Shown here one piece after another: positions 18,903-31,041 of a DNA stretch of 64,000 nt. Numbering within the stretch: position 1 is the first letter of the stretch; each line of letters begins with the position of its first letter. The position numbers were made by a program, and so were the translations under genes. Source of the stretch: an uncultured bacterium (GTDB lineage: Bacteria > Bacteroidota > Bacteroidia > Bacteroidales > Bacteroidaceae); contig CAMBHR010000003.1 of assembly GCA_945867195.1 (NCBI GenBank), positions 3,958 through 67,957 on the forward strand, given 5' to 3'. The notes beneath the pieces are model-generated. The model did not search any database and was not told where the DNA came from. It saw only the letters and a program-made list of their open reading frames with translations.

Positions 18903-19943
18903 ATGAAAAAAACCATCTTGGTAACCGGTGGAACTGGCTTCATCGGTTCTCACACCACGGTTGAGCTGCAAAATGCCGGCTATGATGTTGTAATCATTGA
19001 CAATCTTTCCAATTCCAAGGCAGATGTAGTGGATGGCATCGAAAAGATTACGGGTGTGCGTCCTGCTTTTGAAGAGGTTGACTGCTGCGATTTGGCTGGA
19101 TTGGAAGCCGTTTTCCAAAAATATCCCGGCATTTCGGGCATCATCCATTTCGCTGCTTCCAAGGCTGTAGGCGAAAGCGTGGAAAAACCGCTGAAATACT
19201 ACGAAAACAACCTGCTCTCTCTTATTAACTTGCTGAAACTGATGCCTAAGTATGACGTGAAAGGCATCATCTTCTCATCTTCGTGTACGGTTTACGGCCA
19301 GCCTGATCCCGAAAACCTTCCCGTTACGGAAAAGGCTCCCATCAAGAAGGCTGAAAGCCCCTATGGAAACACGAAGCAAATCAATGAGGAAATCATTCAG
19401 GACTATATCCACAGTGGTGCCAAAATCAGTGCTATCATCCTTCGCTACTTCAATCCCATCGGTTCTCATCCCACGGGTATTATCGGTGAAATGCCCAATG
19501 GTGTGCCTGCCAACCTTATTCCTTACCTCACACAGACGGCTATCGGCATCCGTCCCAGCCTGAAGGTGTTTGGCGATGATTATGATACGCCCGACGGTTC
19601 TTGCATCCGCGACTACATCTATGTGCTTGACTTGGCTAAGGCTCACGTGGCTGCCATGGCTCGCATCGTGGACGGAAAGAATACTGAGCCTGTTGAAATT
19701 TACAATGTGGGTACGGGCAACGGTGTCAGTGTGCTGGAACTTATCAATACGTTCGAGAAATGCACGGGCGTTAAGCTCAATTATGAAATCGCTCCCCGTC
19801 GCGCCGGTGACATCGAAAAGGTTTGGGGCAACGTGGACAAGGCTAACCAAGTGTTAGGTTGGAAAGCTGTACACACATTGGAAGAAGCCTTGACTTCTGC
19901 CTGGAACTGGCAACAGAAGCTGCGTGAACGTGGCATCATGTAA
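18903..19943 (+). CDS. galE: UDP-glucose 4-epimerase
   Basis: TGGTGFIGSH, HFAASKAVGES, YGNTK, LRYFNP, RDYIYV; start at ATG 18903. Confidence 0.95.
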   Translation: MKKTILVTGGTGFIGSHTTVELQNAGYDVVIIDNLSNSKADVVDGIEKITGVRPAFEEVDCCDLAGLEAVFQKYPGISGIIHFAASKAVGESVEKPLKYYENNLLSLINLLKLMPKYDVKGIIFSSSCTVYGQPDPENLPVTEKAPIKKAESPYGNTKQINEEIIQDYIHSGAKISAIILRYFNPIGSHPTGIIGEMPNGVPANLIPYLTQTAIGIRPSLKVFGDDYDTPDGSCIRDYIYVLDLAKAHVAAMARIVDGKNTEPVEIYNVGTGNGVSVLELINTFEKCTGVKLNYEIAPRRAGDIEKVWGNVDKANQVLGWKAVHTLEEALTSAWNWQQKLRERGIM

Positions 19944-20040
19944 ACTGCTTGCACTCGCAGATTGATGGTATGATTGGACGCTTGTTGACGTTTGGGATAA
20001 CCGACATTTATCAGATGTACCAATTCTGCCTATGTTTATA

Positions 20041-20100
20041 ATAGAAAGATTAAGTGCTTTGAAACTCATGATTTTACGAGTTGGCACTTAATCTTTTTCT
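20041..20100. terminator. Hairpin between galE and nspC
   Basis: aaagattaagtgc (20045-20057) / gcacttaatcttt (20084-20096). Confidence 0.4.
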
Positions 20101-20145
20101 ATAATATATTTTCATCTCATTTTTCCTGTTATTGCTTGTTTGATT

Positions 20146-21294
20146 ATGCAACCTTATTACTTGCTTGAGGAGGCCGATTTGCGTCGTAACCTGCAACTCA
20201 TTGCCAACATTGCACGTGAAGCGGATGTGGAATTTATCTTGGCTTTCAAAGCCTTTGCTCTGTGGAAAACATTTCCTGTTTTCCGCGAATACATTCAACA
20301 TACCACAGCTTCTTCCGTTTATGAAGCACGGATGGCGGCAGAGCAGTTTGGTTCAAAAGCCCACACTTATTCTCCGGCTTATGAGGCAGACACGTTTGCG
20401 GATATTGTGCGATGGTCAAGCCATATCACTTTTAACTCACTCACACAATACGAACGCTTCATGCCCCAAGTGCTCTCTGCCGGAGCAGGTGCTCCTTCCT
20501 TAGGGTTGCGTGTAAATCCGGAATATAGCGAGATAGAAACAGCTTTGTATGACCCATGTGCTCCGGGTTCCCGGTTTGGTGTGCTGGCTGCCAATCTGGA
20601 AGCTCATGGCTTGCCTGATTCCATTGAAGGTTTTCACTGTCATTGTCATTGCGAAAGTTCTGCACTGGCTTTGGAACATACTTTGGAACATTTGGAGGCC
20701 AAGTTCGGACGGTGGTTCTCTCGTATCAAATGGCTGAATTTGGGAGGAGGGCATTTGGTTACCAGAGCGGATTATGATGTGGCACATCTTATTCGTATCT
20801 TGAGGGGCTTGCACGAGCGGTATCCTCATTTGAAAATCATTCTTGAGCCCGGTTCTGCCTTTGCATGGCGGACTGGCTCATTGGTTTCAGAAGTGGTGGA
20901 TATAGTTGAAAATCATGGAATAAAGACAGCGATATTAAATGTAAGCTTTACCTGTCATATGCCTGATTGTTTGGAGATGCCCTATCATCCTGCGGTGCGA
21001 GGTGCCGAGGTGCTGCCTGATGCGTCAGAAACGGGATTGGATAAGGAAAACAATGTATACAGATTGGGGGGCAACAGCTGCCTAAGTGGGGATTATATGG
21101 GGTATTGGCGTTTTGCTGCACCGCTGAAGGTGGGGGCGCAGGTCATCTTTGAAGATATGATACACTACACGACGGTCAAAACGAATATGTTCAACGGCGT
21201 GGCTCATCCTATGTTGAAAATGAGGCACTTGGATGGCAGCGTAGAGACATTGCGGCAGTTTACATACGAGGATTATTTGTCCAGAATGGATTAG
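20146..21294 (+). CDS. nspC: Carboxy(nor)spermidine decarboxylase
   Basis: LAFKAFA, DPCAPGSRFG, NLGGGH, EPGSAF, GNSCLSGD, KTNMFNG. Confidence 0.92.
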   Translation: MQPYYLLEEADLRRNLQLIANIAREADVEFILAFKAFALWKTFPVFREYIQHTTASSVYEARMAAEQFGSKAHTYSPAYEADTFADIVRWSSHITFNSLTQYERFMPQVLSAGAGAPSLGLRVNPEYSEIETALYDPCAPGSRFGVLAANLEAHGLPDSIEGFHCHCHCESSALALEHTLEHLEAKFGRWFSRIKWLNLGGGHLVTRADYDVAHLIRILRGLHERYPHLKIILEPGSAFAWRTGSLVSEVVDIVENHGIKTAILNVSFTCHMPDCLEMPYHPAVRGAEVLPDASETGLDKENNVYRLGGNSCLSGDYMGYWRFAAPLKVGAQVIFEDMIHYTTVKTNMFNGVAHPMLKMRHLDGSVETLRQFTYEDYLSRMD

Positions 21295-21338
21295 TTATCT
21301 CACTTTTTTCATCTCTTTTCCCAAAAAAATCTCTATTT

Positions 21339-22193
21339 ATGCTTTATCTTCCTGCCGGCTTGCCGGCTATGCAAAGTGTGAAGGCTACTCCATATGGTCT
21401 TTCCCGCTGGCATGAAGTGGGTAATGCCAAGCGTGTCCTTTTGTTGAACTTGATGCCACAGAAGTCTGTGACTGAATGTGACATTGCTCGCACTTTGGCT
21501 GCTACGGGGAAGGATGTTCAGCTTATTCCTGTAAAGATCAAGGGACAACATTATAAAACCACACCTCAGGAGCATATGGATGCGTTCTATCTGGATGTGG
21601 AAGATTTGATGGAGCAGCGTTTTGACGGAATGATTTTGACTGGTGCCCCTCTGGAGCAGATTCCCTTTGAGGAAGTGCGTTACTGGCAGCAACTATGCAA
21701 CATTATGGATTGGGCTGACATGAATATCAAACGCACACTTTATATCTGTTGGGGAGCGCAGGCTGGTTTGTATCATTTTTATGCCATCAACAAGTATGCG
21801 TTGCCTGCCAAAATGTTCGGCGTGTTCAGTCAGAAAGTCTTAGAGCCCAATTTGCAACTGATGGATGGACTTTCTCCGGCATTTCCCATGCCCAATTCTC
21901 GACATACGGAGGTCAGAAAGGATGAAGTACTGGAGAAATTGGGAGCGGATGCCTGTATCGTGGCAGAAAGTGAAGAGAGTGGGGTAGGCATTGTGGCTAC
22001 AATGGACTTGAAGCGCACTTTTATTGTGGGACATTTGGAATATGAGCCCATGACCTTGCATAACGAGTATCACAGGGATTTGGACAAGCATTTGCCCATC
22101 CAAGCTCCTCTTCATTATTATCAATCAGATGGTTCTGTGGACTATTCCTGGAGTACAGCTGCCATTCGTTTCTATGCCAATTGGATTGGGTAG
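21339..22193 (+). CDS. metA: Homoserine O-acyltransferase MetA, probably acetyl-type
   Basis: LLNLMPQK, LTGAPLEQ, ICWGAQAG (catalytic Cys), PNSRHT, GHLEY. Confidence 0.85.
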   Translation: MLYLPAGLPAMQSVKATPYGLSRWHEVGNAKRVLLLNLMPQKSVTECDIARTLAATGKDVQLIPVKIKGQHYKTTPQEHMDAFYLDVEDLMEQRFDGMILTGAPLEQIPFEEVRYWQQLCNIMDWADMNIKRTLYICWGAQAGLYHFYAINKYALPAKMFGVFSQKVLEPNLQLMDGLSPAFPMPNSRHTEVRKDEVLEKLGADACIVAESEESGVGIVATMDLKRTFIVGHLEYEPMTLHNEYHRDLDKHLPIQAPLHYYQSDGSVDYSWSTAAIRFYANWIG

Positions 22194-22228
22194 CCTTTTG
22201 CTGTAGGATTTAGTATTTCAGCGAACTT

Positions 22229-23527
22229 CTACTGATTCTCCTTCAAGTGCGCCAACAAGTCGGCTACAATGAAGCAGCTGCCGCCAACATAGATGAAATC
22301 ATCGGGTAGGGCATTGCTGAGTGCTGCTTCATAGGCAACAGGGACAGTTTCAAAAAAGTTTCCCGCCAAGCCATGTTTCTCTGCTTGTAACTGAAGTTGT
22401 TGCGAGTTCAATGCTCGGCGCACAGATGCTTGGGTCCAATAATAGCGTGCCTTTTTGGGGAGTAGGGAAAGTACATTGTCAATATCTTTGTCTGCTGCCA
22501 TGCCAAAAACCACATGGACTGTTGGATGTTCGTTGATGGCTTTTTCCAGTTTCTGGCTCAGGTATAGCCATCCACCGATGTTATGCCCTGCATCACAGAC
22601 AATCAAGGGAGAATGACCGATAGTTTGCCATCGACCTGCCAGTCCCGTCATTTCACAAACATGGCGAAAGGCAAATTGAACATCTTCAGTTTGCAGATTA
22701 AAAATTGGAGCCAACAGGTTAGCCGCACAGAGTATGGTATTGGCGTTTCTGATTTGCCATTCGCCCACCAGTTCCGCATCGAAGCTGCCCCAATGCAGCG
22801 TTTCGTAGTGATGCAGTCCAGATTCTGTTGTGGTAGCTTGTAATATTTCCGGATTTTGTTCGGCCAAGTGCAGTTCTGTGCCCACCTCCTTGGCTTTTTG
22901 TTTAAAAACGGGAAGTGTTTCAGGTAAAGATTCGCCAATCACTGTTGGGATGCCAGCTTTGATGGTACCAGCTTTCTCAATGGCAATTTCAGAGAGCGAA
23001 TGCCCCAGGAATTGGGTATGATCCAAGCTGATGTTGGTAATGAGCGAAAGCACAGGGCGGATGATGTTGGTGCAGTCCAATCTGCCTCCCAGCCCCACTT
23101 CGATCACAGCCACATCCACTTCGGCATCAGCAAAATATTTAAAAGCCAAGGCCGTTGTAAGTTCAAAAAAGGAAGGATGCAGAGGCTCGAAGAAGCAACG
23201 CTCCTGTTCAACGAACTTGACGACATAATCCTCAGGAATCATTTCTCCGTTTACCCTGATACGTTCACGGAAATCCACCAAATGCGGCGAAGTGTAAAGC
23301 CCTGTTTTCAAGCCTTTGTGTTGTAGAGTTGCAGCCAGAGTGTGTGCGCAACTCCCCTTTCCATTTGTTCCAGCCACATGAATGGTGCGGAAGTTCCGGT
23401 GCGGATGATGAAAGTGTTCATCCAGCAAAAGAGTAGTTTGAAGTCCCTCTTTGTAAGCAGCTCCGCCTACTTGTTGGAATAGGGGAGCTGCTGCATATAA
23501 ATAATCTATGGTTTCCGAATAGGTCAT
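22229..23527 (-). CDS. folC: Folylpolyglutamate synthase/dihydrofolate synthase
   Basis: HVAGTNGKGS, YTSPHL, EVGLGGRLD, DAGHN; start at ATG 23527. Confidence 0.94.
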   Translation of the reverse strand: MTYSETIDYLYAAAPLFQQVGGAAYKEGLQTTLLLDEHFHHPHRNFRTIHVAGTNGKGSCAHTLAATLQHKGLKTGLYTSPHLVDFRERIRVNGEMIPEDYVVKFVEQERCFFEPLHPSFFELTTALAFKYFADAEVDVAVIEVGLGGRLDCTNIIRPVLSLITNISLDHTQFLGHSLSEIAIEKAGTIKAGIPTVIGESLPETLPVFKQKAKEVGTELHLAEQNPEILQATTTESGLHHYETLHWGSFDAELVGEWQIRNANTILCAANLLAPIFNLQTEDVQFAFRHVCEMTGLAGRWQTIGHSPLIVCDAGHNIGGWLYLSQKLEKAINEHPTVHVVFGMAADKDIDNVLSLLPKKARYYWTQASVRRALNSQQLQLQAEKHGLAGNFFETVPVAYEAALSNALPDDFIYVGGSCFIVADLLAHLKENQ

Positions 23528-23549
23528 GTGAAAAGGATCAAGTAGACTC

Positions 23550-24725
23550 TTATTTGTTGAAATAGTTGCGGAATGCTTTAAAGATTTTGTCTTTAATTCC
23601 GGTGCTGGGCTGCATATGGTTCTTGCCTGCCAGTTTTTCAAAGCAAGCCTTTTCCTCTTTGTCAAGGTTTTCAGGAATATAGACACTGATATTCACAACA
23701 ATATCGCCGTTTCCATATCCATAGCCCTGAACAGCAGGAAGCCCCTTTCCACGTAATCGCAGTGCTGTGCCGGGCTGAGTGCCCGGTTCGATTTTGATTC
23801 TCGCTTTTCCTGATAAGGTAGGAATCTCTATTGTGTCGCCCAAGGCAGCTTGCGTCACGGTCAGCAGCAAGTTGTAAATCAGGTCATTTTCATCGCGGAT
23901 AAAATCGGGGTGGGGGAGTTCCTCGATAATGACTTGAATGTTTCCGGGCACGCCATTATGTTTGCCGGCATGTCCCTTTCCGGGAACATTAAGCACCATG
24001 CCTTCTCCGACACCAGCGGGAATTTTTATTTCCACGATTTCCTCACCACTCACGATGCCTTCGCCGTGGCAATGGGTACATTTGTTTTTTATGACAGTAC
24101 CTTCGCCGTGGCATGTAGGACATACCTCTTGCGATTGCATCATACCGAGGATGCTGCGTCGTGTCCGCACCACATACCCCTGACCATGGCAGGTAGGGCA
24201 ACTCTCAGGATGACTGCCTTTCTCACAGCCAGATCCGCCACATTCCGGACAGGTAATGTCTTTGCGTACTTTGAATTTTTTTGTCACTCCGCTGTAGATT
24301 TCATCCAGCGAGAGTTTTACTTTCATGCGCATGTCATTACCCTTATATTGTCGGGTTTGCGCATTTCCGCCGCCAAAATTTCCAAAGCCTCCGCTGAAGC
24401 CGCCAAAGCCTCCTCCTCCGAAGATATCGCCAAACTGGCGGAATATATCGTTAAGGTCCATGCCTTGACCGCCAAAGCCACCGAAACCGGCACCGCCGTT
24501 CACGCCTTCGGCACCGAACTGGTCATATCGTGCCCTTTTGTCCGGGTCGCGCAGAACATCATAAGCTTCGGCTGCCTGTTTGAATTTTTCTTCCGCCTCT
24601 TTGTTTCCCGGGTTACGGTCGGGATGATATTTGATGGCTACTTTTTTATAAGCCTTTTTTATTTCATCGGCAGAAGCGTTGCGTTCCACGCCTAATATCT
24701 TATAATAATCTTTTTCTTCAGCCAT
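23550..24725 (-). CDS. dnaJ: Molecular chaperone DnaJ
   Basis: J domain with HPD, G/F-rich region, four CxxCxGxG motifs. Confidence 0.97.
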   Translation of the reverse strand: MAEEKDYYKILGVERNASADEIKKAYKKVAIKYHPDRNPGNKEAEEKFKQAAEAYDVLRDPDKRARYDQFGAEGVNGGAGFGGFGGQGMDLNDIFRQFGDIFGGGGFGGFSGGFGNFGGGNAQTRQYKGNDMRMKVKLSLDEIYSGVTKKFKVRKDITCPECGGSGCEKGSHPESCPTCHGQGYVVRTRRSILGMMQSQEVCPTCHGEGTVIKNKCTHCHGEGIVSGEEIVEIKIPAGVGEGMVLNVPGKGHAGKHNGVPGNIQVIIEELPHPDFIRDENDLIYNLLLTVTQAALGDTIEIPTLSGKARIKIEPGTQPGTALRLRGKGLPAVQGYGYGNGDIVVNISVYIPENLDKEEKACFEKLAGKNHMQPSTGIKDKIFKAFRNYFNK

Positions 24726-24802
24726 ACAGCATTGATGTAGTTAAAAAGGTTTATCTGATGATAGCTTAATGGGGAGCAGCAAGATGATTTGAATGAGAAC
24801 CG

Positions 24803-25393
24803 TTATTGTCCTACCACCACTTTGGCATGGCGTATAACCTTTTCATTCAGCATATAGCCAGGTTGCACGCAGTCAATGACATGATTTTTCTGAGCCTCTT
24901 CAGTAGATGGAATAAGTGCTACCGCTTCATGGAAATCTGTGTCAAACATTTTTCCGATGGCATCCATCTTCTGCAAACCCTGTCCTTGGAGCGTTTTGGT
25001 CAGCTTGTCCATGATGAGCGATACACCCTCCTTCAGGGTTTCCACGTCTGTGCTCTTTTCGATGTTTTGCATGGCGCGGTCCAAATCGTCCAGCACGGGG
25101 AGCAATGCCGACAGTACCTTTTCTCCGCCGTTCAATATCAATTCGGTTTTTTCCTTGAGCGTACGTTTCCGGTAATTGTCGAATTCAGCCACTTGTCTCA
25201 GGTATTTGTCCTTCAGCGAATCGATTTCGGCCAAAGCTGCTGCAAGTTTGTCAGTTTCGGTTTCGGCATTATCGTCGACAACACCGGTTTCCTGTTCCTT
25301 CGTGTCGTCATTTGCTGATGCCTGTTGTGAATTATCGTTATTGTTGTTTACCACGTTTTCTGTTTCTTTCAGTTCTTGGTCATTCTTACTCAT
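24803..25393 (-). CDS. grpE: Nucleotide exchange factor GrpE
   Basis: AEFDNYRKRT, LLPVLDDL, FDTDFHEA, GYMLNEKVIRHAKVVV; start at ATG 25393. Confidence 0.95.
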   Translation of the reverse strand: MSKNDQELKETENVVNNNNDNSQQASANDDTKEQETGVVDDNAETETDKLAAALAEIDSLKDKYLRQVAEFDNYRKRTLKEKTELILNGGEKVLSALLPVLDDLDRAMQNIEKSTDVETLKEGVSLIMDKLTKTLQGQGLQKMDAIGKMFDTDFHEAVALIPSTEEAQKNHVIDCVQPGYMLNEKVIRHAKVVVGQ

Positions 25394-25593
25394 GATTGCA
25401 ATATATTTATTTTGAAAATAAGATAGCAAATAGTATGCCATATATGAAAGAACCGGGGATGATATAAGCAATCTCCCCGGTTTTGTCATGTTAGCGAGCT
25501 TTCTTGCCGTCGGAGACAGAGCCAAGGATTGTTTGAGCTATGTCGCGTCCGACCGGAAGGGTGAAAGATACCTCACTTCAAGGGCAGCGTATT

Positions 25594-27961
<2,368 letters not shown>

Positions 27962-28206
27962 GGCGAAACAATAAGATTGTTCGGAGGATTGGTAAAATCA
28001 AGGGCTTCGGGTTGGCGGAACAAAACTTTGAAGCGGAATATCTGATGAGGAAAAGCCGGAGCTTCAGGCAGGCACATGATTTCAAAGGTGCTGCATACCT
28101 GCAACCTTGGGATAGACAGAGATGCGCATGCAAAGCCCGGTTGTGGTATGCAGGAGCCCATGCCCCAGCACGGCCGGGCATATTTTTCACAACTCTTCTT
28201 CCTGCA

Positions 28207-28545
28207 CTAACTTTTGGATGTCAGTATTTCCATGTTGCTTGCCCAAATTTCGGTGATATAGTGCGTGATGCCTTTTTTGTCCGTGTAGCTTCTGGTGCGG
28301 AGTTCCCCTTCGATGTACAGCTTGTCGCCTTTATGCACATAGCGTTCCACATTCTCTGCCAGGGTTCTCCAAAGCAGAATGCGGTGCCACTCGGCTCTTT
28401 CTGGCACTTGGGTCCCGTTTTGCAGGGTGTAGCCTGGGGTCGTGGTGGCCAGGCTCAGTGAAGCCGTGCATACCCCGGCATCGACATAGCGTATTTCCGG
28501 TTCTTTGCCTACGTTGCCAATCAGCATGACTTTGTTCAACGACAT
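28207..28545 (-). CDS. ssb: Single-stranded DNA-binding protein (OB fold only)
   Basis: NKVMLIGNVG, EWHRI, GDKLYIEG; stop directly after ILTSKS; start at ATG 28545. Confidence 0.9.
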   Translation of the reverse strand: MSLNKVMLIGNVGKEPEIRYVDAGVCTASLSLATTTPGYTLQNGTQVPERAEWHRILLWRTLAENVERYVHKGDKLYIEGELRTRSYTDKKGITHYITEIWASNMEILTSKS

Positions 28546-28588
28546 AGTTGCAGCAATGTTAGAAGGTGAAACGGCACAAGCGAAGCAT

Positions 28589-29047
28589 TCATCGTATGCG
28601 GTCGGCGGCGCGCACCAAAGCCTCGTCTTTGCAAATGGCCCGTCGTGCCAGCAGCAGCAAGACGATGGACAACAAGGGGAACACACATCCCACGCCCACA
28701 CTCGGGGTGAACCCCGTGCGGCTTGCTATGGCATAAGTGTATGCGCCCAGTGCTACAAACCACAGCACTTGGCAGGCAACGGCCCAAAGTGTTTTCCGGG
28801 CTTGCTTCTTCCGGTTTTTGTAGCCCATGATAGCCCAAAGGGAAAGCAGTATGGCCACCGATGACCACACCATCAAACCCCAAGGATGCCTGCCAGCCAT
28901 TTCGGCCACCTGGGTGGCGTCATAGTGGCAGCTGTACACCGTGAGCCACACTTCGCCGGATGACAGGCGGGCTGAAGGAACAAAAAACGTAAAGGCCGGG
29001 AGCAGACCGGCCAATAAGAGATATATACTTTGGATTCGCTGTATCAT
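28589..29047 (-). CDS. DUF4293 family membrane protein
   Basis: MIQRIQSIYL N-terminus, DEALVRAADRIR C-terminus, position after rpoZ. Confidence 0.85.
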   Translation of the reverse strand: MIQRIQSIYLLLAGLLPAFTFFVPSARLSSGEVWLTVYSCHYDATQVAEMAGRHPWGLMVWSSVAILLSLWAIMGYKNRKKQARKTLWAVACQVLWFVALGAYTYAIASRTGFTPSVGVGCVFPLLSIVLLLLARRAICKDEALVRAADRIR

Positions 29048-29388
29048 GCCTCTGAACTCAAATTGTCTTTATCCTTGGCAGGATTACGGAAATAGATGTT
29101 GTGGTTGACAAACTCTTCTGCGGCAATCAGCGTAGGTTTCGGCAATTTTTCGTAGTAGCGCGAAATCTCTATCTGTTCGCGGTTTTCATAAGTTTCTTCC
29201 AGATTGTCATTGGCTGAAGCAAACTCCTTCAGTTTTCTGGAAAGGTCTTCTTTCATTTGCACAGAAATCTGGTTGGCACGCTTCGACATGATGACCACGC
29301 TTTCGTAGATGTTGTTCGTTCCGTCGCAGAAGTCCATTAAGTTGTGAGTTACCGTGTTGGTGGGAGCTTTGCTTTTTTTGTAATCCAT
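29044..29388 (-). CDS. rpoZ: RNA polymerase omega subunit (Bacteroidetes type)
   Basis: NIYESVVIMSKRANQI, EQIEISRYYEKLPKPT; bamD-rpoZ-DUF4293 synteny. Confidence 0.88.
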   Translation of the reverse strand: MDYKKSKAPTNTVTHNLMDFCDGTNNIYESVVIMSKRANQISVQMKEDLSRKLKEFASANDNLEETYENREQIEISRYYEKLPKPTLIAAEEFVNHNIYFRNPAKDKDNLSSEA

Positions 29389-29450
29389 TGTTCTATTGCG
29401 TAATAAGAAGTTATCGGTTGGGATTTTGTCCGGTGGCCGTTGCCAGCAGG

Positions 29451-30275
29451 TTATTCAGTCTCGGGCACGTATGCCTTGGCTTTGTCAAACAGGCTTTTGG
29501 CCTCCTTCATGTATTTTGATTCGGGGTATTCGGTCACGAAGCCGTAGTATTCGTCGATGGCACTGTGGTAGCGTTCCTCCTTTTTGGATTCAATGCTCAG
29601 GGCGGCCAATGCGAATTTGGCTTTCAGCACCAACATGGCGAAATCCTCGCGCCGTGAGGTGTAGGGGTAGTCCTTGATGGCATTTTCGGCCGTCACGATG
29701 CACGCGCCGTAGTTGCCGTTGACACCGTTGCCGATATAAGTGCCCAGGTCGTAGTACAGTTTGGCAGACAGGTACTCCTTCTCCACCAGGATGTCCTGCA
29801 ACTTGAAGATATAGTCTTGTGCTTCCTGCCGGTGGCTGCTGTAGGGGAAGTTTTCGATGAAGTTTTGGAATTCCGTTACGGCTTCGTACGTTGCAGTCTG
29901 GTCAAGCCGGGGTTCAGAAACCAACTGGTACAGCGATTTGGCACAATTATACCGTGCCATCTCAGCATATTTTCCTTTCGGATAAGTTTGGTAATATTTT
30001 TTGAACACCGTGGCGGCAGCATCGTACGAATGTGCTTTCATGTTGCACAATCCCGTGAGGTAGAGCGACTCTTCGCCCTGCTCCGTTCCCTTGAGCACAG
30101 AAAGCACATCCTGCAACAGCAGGGCGGCCCGGTTGTACATACCTTCGGCATAAAACTGCTTGGCAGCCTCGTATTTGTATTCGTAATCCTGCGTCTTGAC
30201 AATGCGGTTGTAGCCAGTGCATGAAAACGAAATCATAGCTAACAACAAGCAGGACAGGGCGGCTATTGGCTTCAT
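29451..30275 (-). CDS. bamD: Outer membrane protein assembly factor BamD (lipoprotein)
   Basis: Lipobox FSC, TPR-like repeats, RLDQTAT, AKLYYDLG; start at ATG 30275. Confidence 0.88.
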   Translation of the reverse strand: MKPIAALSCLLLAMISFSCTGYNRIVKTQDYEYKYEAAKQFYAEGMYNRAALLLQDVLSVLKGTEQGEESLYLTGLCNMKAHSYDAAATVFKKYYQTYPKGKYAEMARYNCAKSLYQLVSEPRLDQTATYEAVTEFQNFIENFPYSSHRQEAQDYIFKLQDILVEKEYLSAKLYYDLGTYIGNGVNGNYGACIVTAENAIKDYPYTSRREDFAMLVLKAKFALAALSIESKKEERYHSAIDEYYGFVTEYPESKYMKEAKSLFDKAKAYVPETE

Positions 30276-30360
30276 ACTGATATATTGTTTTTTGTGCCAT
30301 TCCGGGGTGGTGATGGCGTTGTCGGTTTGCCAGATGTTGCTGTACATGGCAAATCCGCCG

Positions 30361-30368
30361 CAAATTTA
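30361..30368 (-). promoter_or_regulatory. -7 box for the bamD operon
   Basis: TAAATTTG on minus strand. Confidence 0.5.
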
Positions 30369-30642
30369 TAAATAATTTGTCACTATCCGGACGTTGTCGC
30401 AAAGAGAATAATGAAACATTTCGATAAAAACGGCACTTTTTCGGTCGAACGCCCGTTTGGGAAATGGTGATTTCACCGAAGAAGTCGGCGATTTGTGCCG
30501 ACAACCCAAGGACTTTTTTTACTAATAGGCGAATAGAAATAACAAGTCCGGGCTGACGGGTCGATCTGGCGCATCTGGGTTCATCTCCCTCAGGATTATG
30601 CTCACGATTTGACAATGACTGCCGTCTTTTGTACACATTTTC

Positions 30643-30735
30643 TATATATATACGTGTTTTTTTCTTTTAAAAATAAGGTTCAAATCTTCATTGCACCCTT
30701 GTTATGTCTGATTGCCATCTGTTTAGGTATGAATG
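30643..30735 (+). repeat. Solo copy of the ~90-bp intergenic module
   Basis: tatatatatacgtgttttttt...ttcaaatcttca...ttgttatgtctgatt...tgaatg aligns with arms at 13348(-) and 39341(+). Confidence 0.6.
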
Positions 30736-30966
30736 TTTGGTGTTTTGTGGCTTTCATGCTGACGTTTTGCCTAAAAATATGTTGAGCTGGACATGTGTGG
30801 CTGTGCCGGTATAGTTTTGCAGTATTGTGGGGAGTTGCAGTTCGGCTTCAGCCCCCATTGTTTTGGTCATCAAGCAATGGTGGCGCAGCACACGTTGTAA
30901 AAGGATATGTCCAAATTGTCCCAAATTGTCCCAAGTGGTTAGCCGATGTAAAAAAAAGAGCTATAA

Positions 30967-30998
30967 TTTGCACGTAAAAATCAGATTCTGTACTTTTG
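30967..30998 (+). promoter_or_regulatory. sigmaA promoter for fba
   Basis: TTTG (30967-30970), 20 nt, TACTTTTG (30991-30998). Confidence 0.7.
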
Positions 30999-31041
30999 CA
31001 TCATACAAACCCAATTATTCCTTTATTTACAACAAACAGTT

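Noticed and set aside
23527-23686. Long N-terminal extensions in the ORF track (folC; likewise grpE, ssb, DAGK, galE, ompA, bamD)
   Set aside because: They come from upstream alternative starts; conserved protein sequence begins at the downstream ATGs used here
27962-28206. Gap between ssb and the PPTase as a gldE remnant or an 80-aa gene
   Set aside because: The translation shows no GldE/CBS-like or other recognisable features
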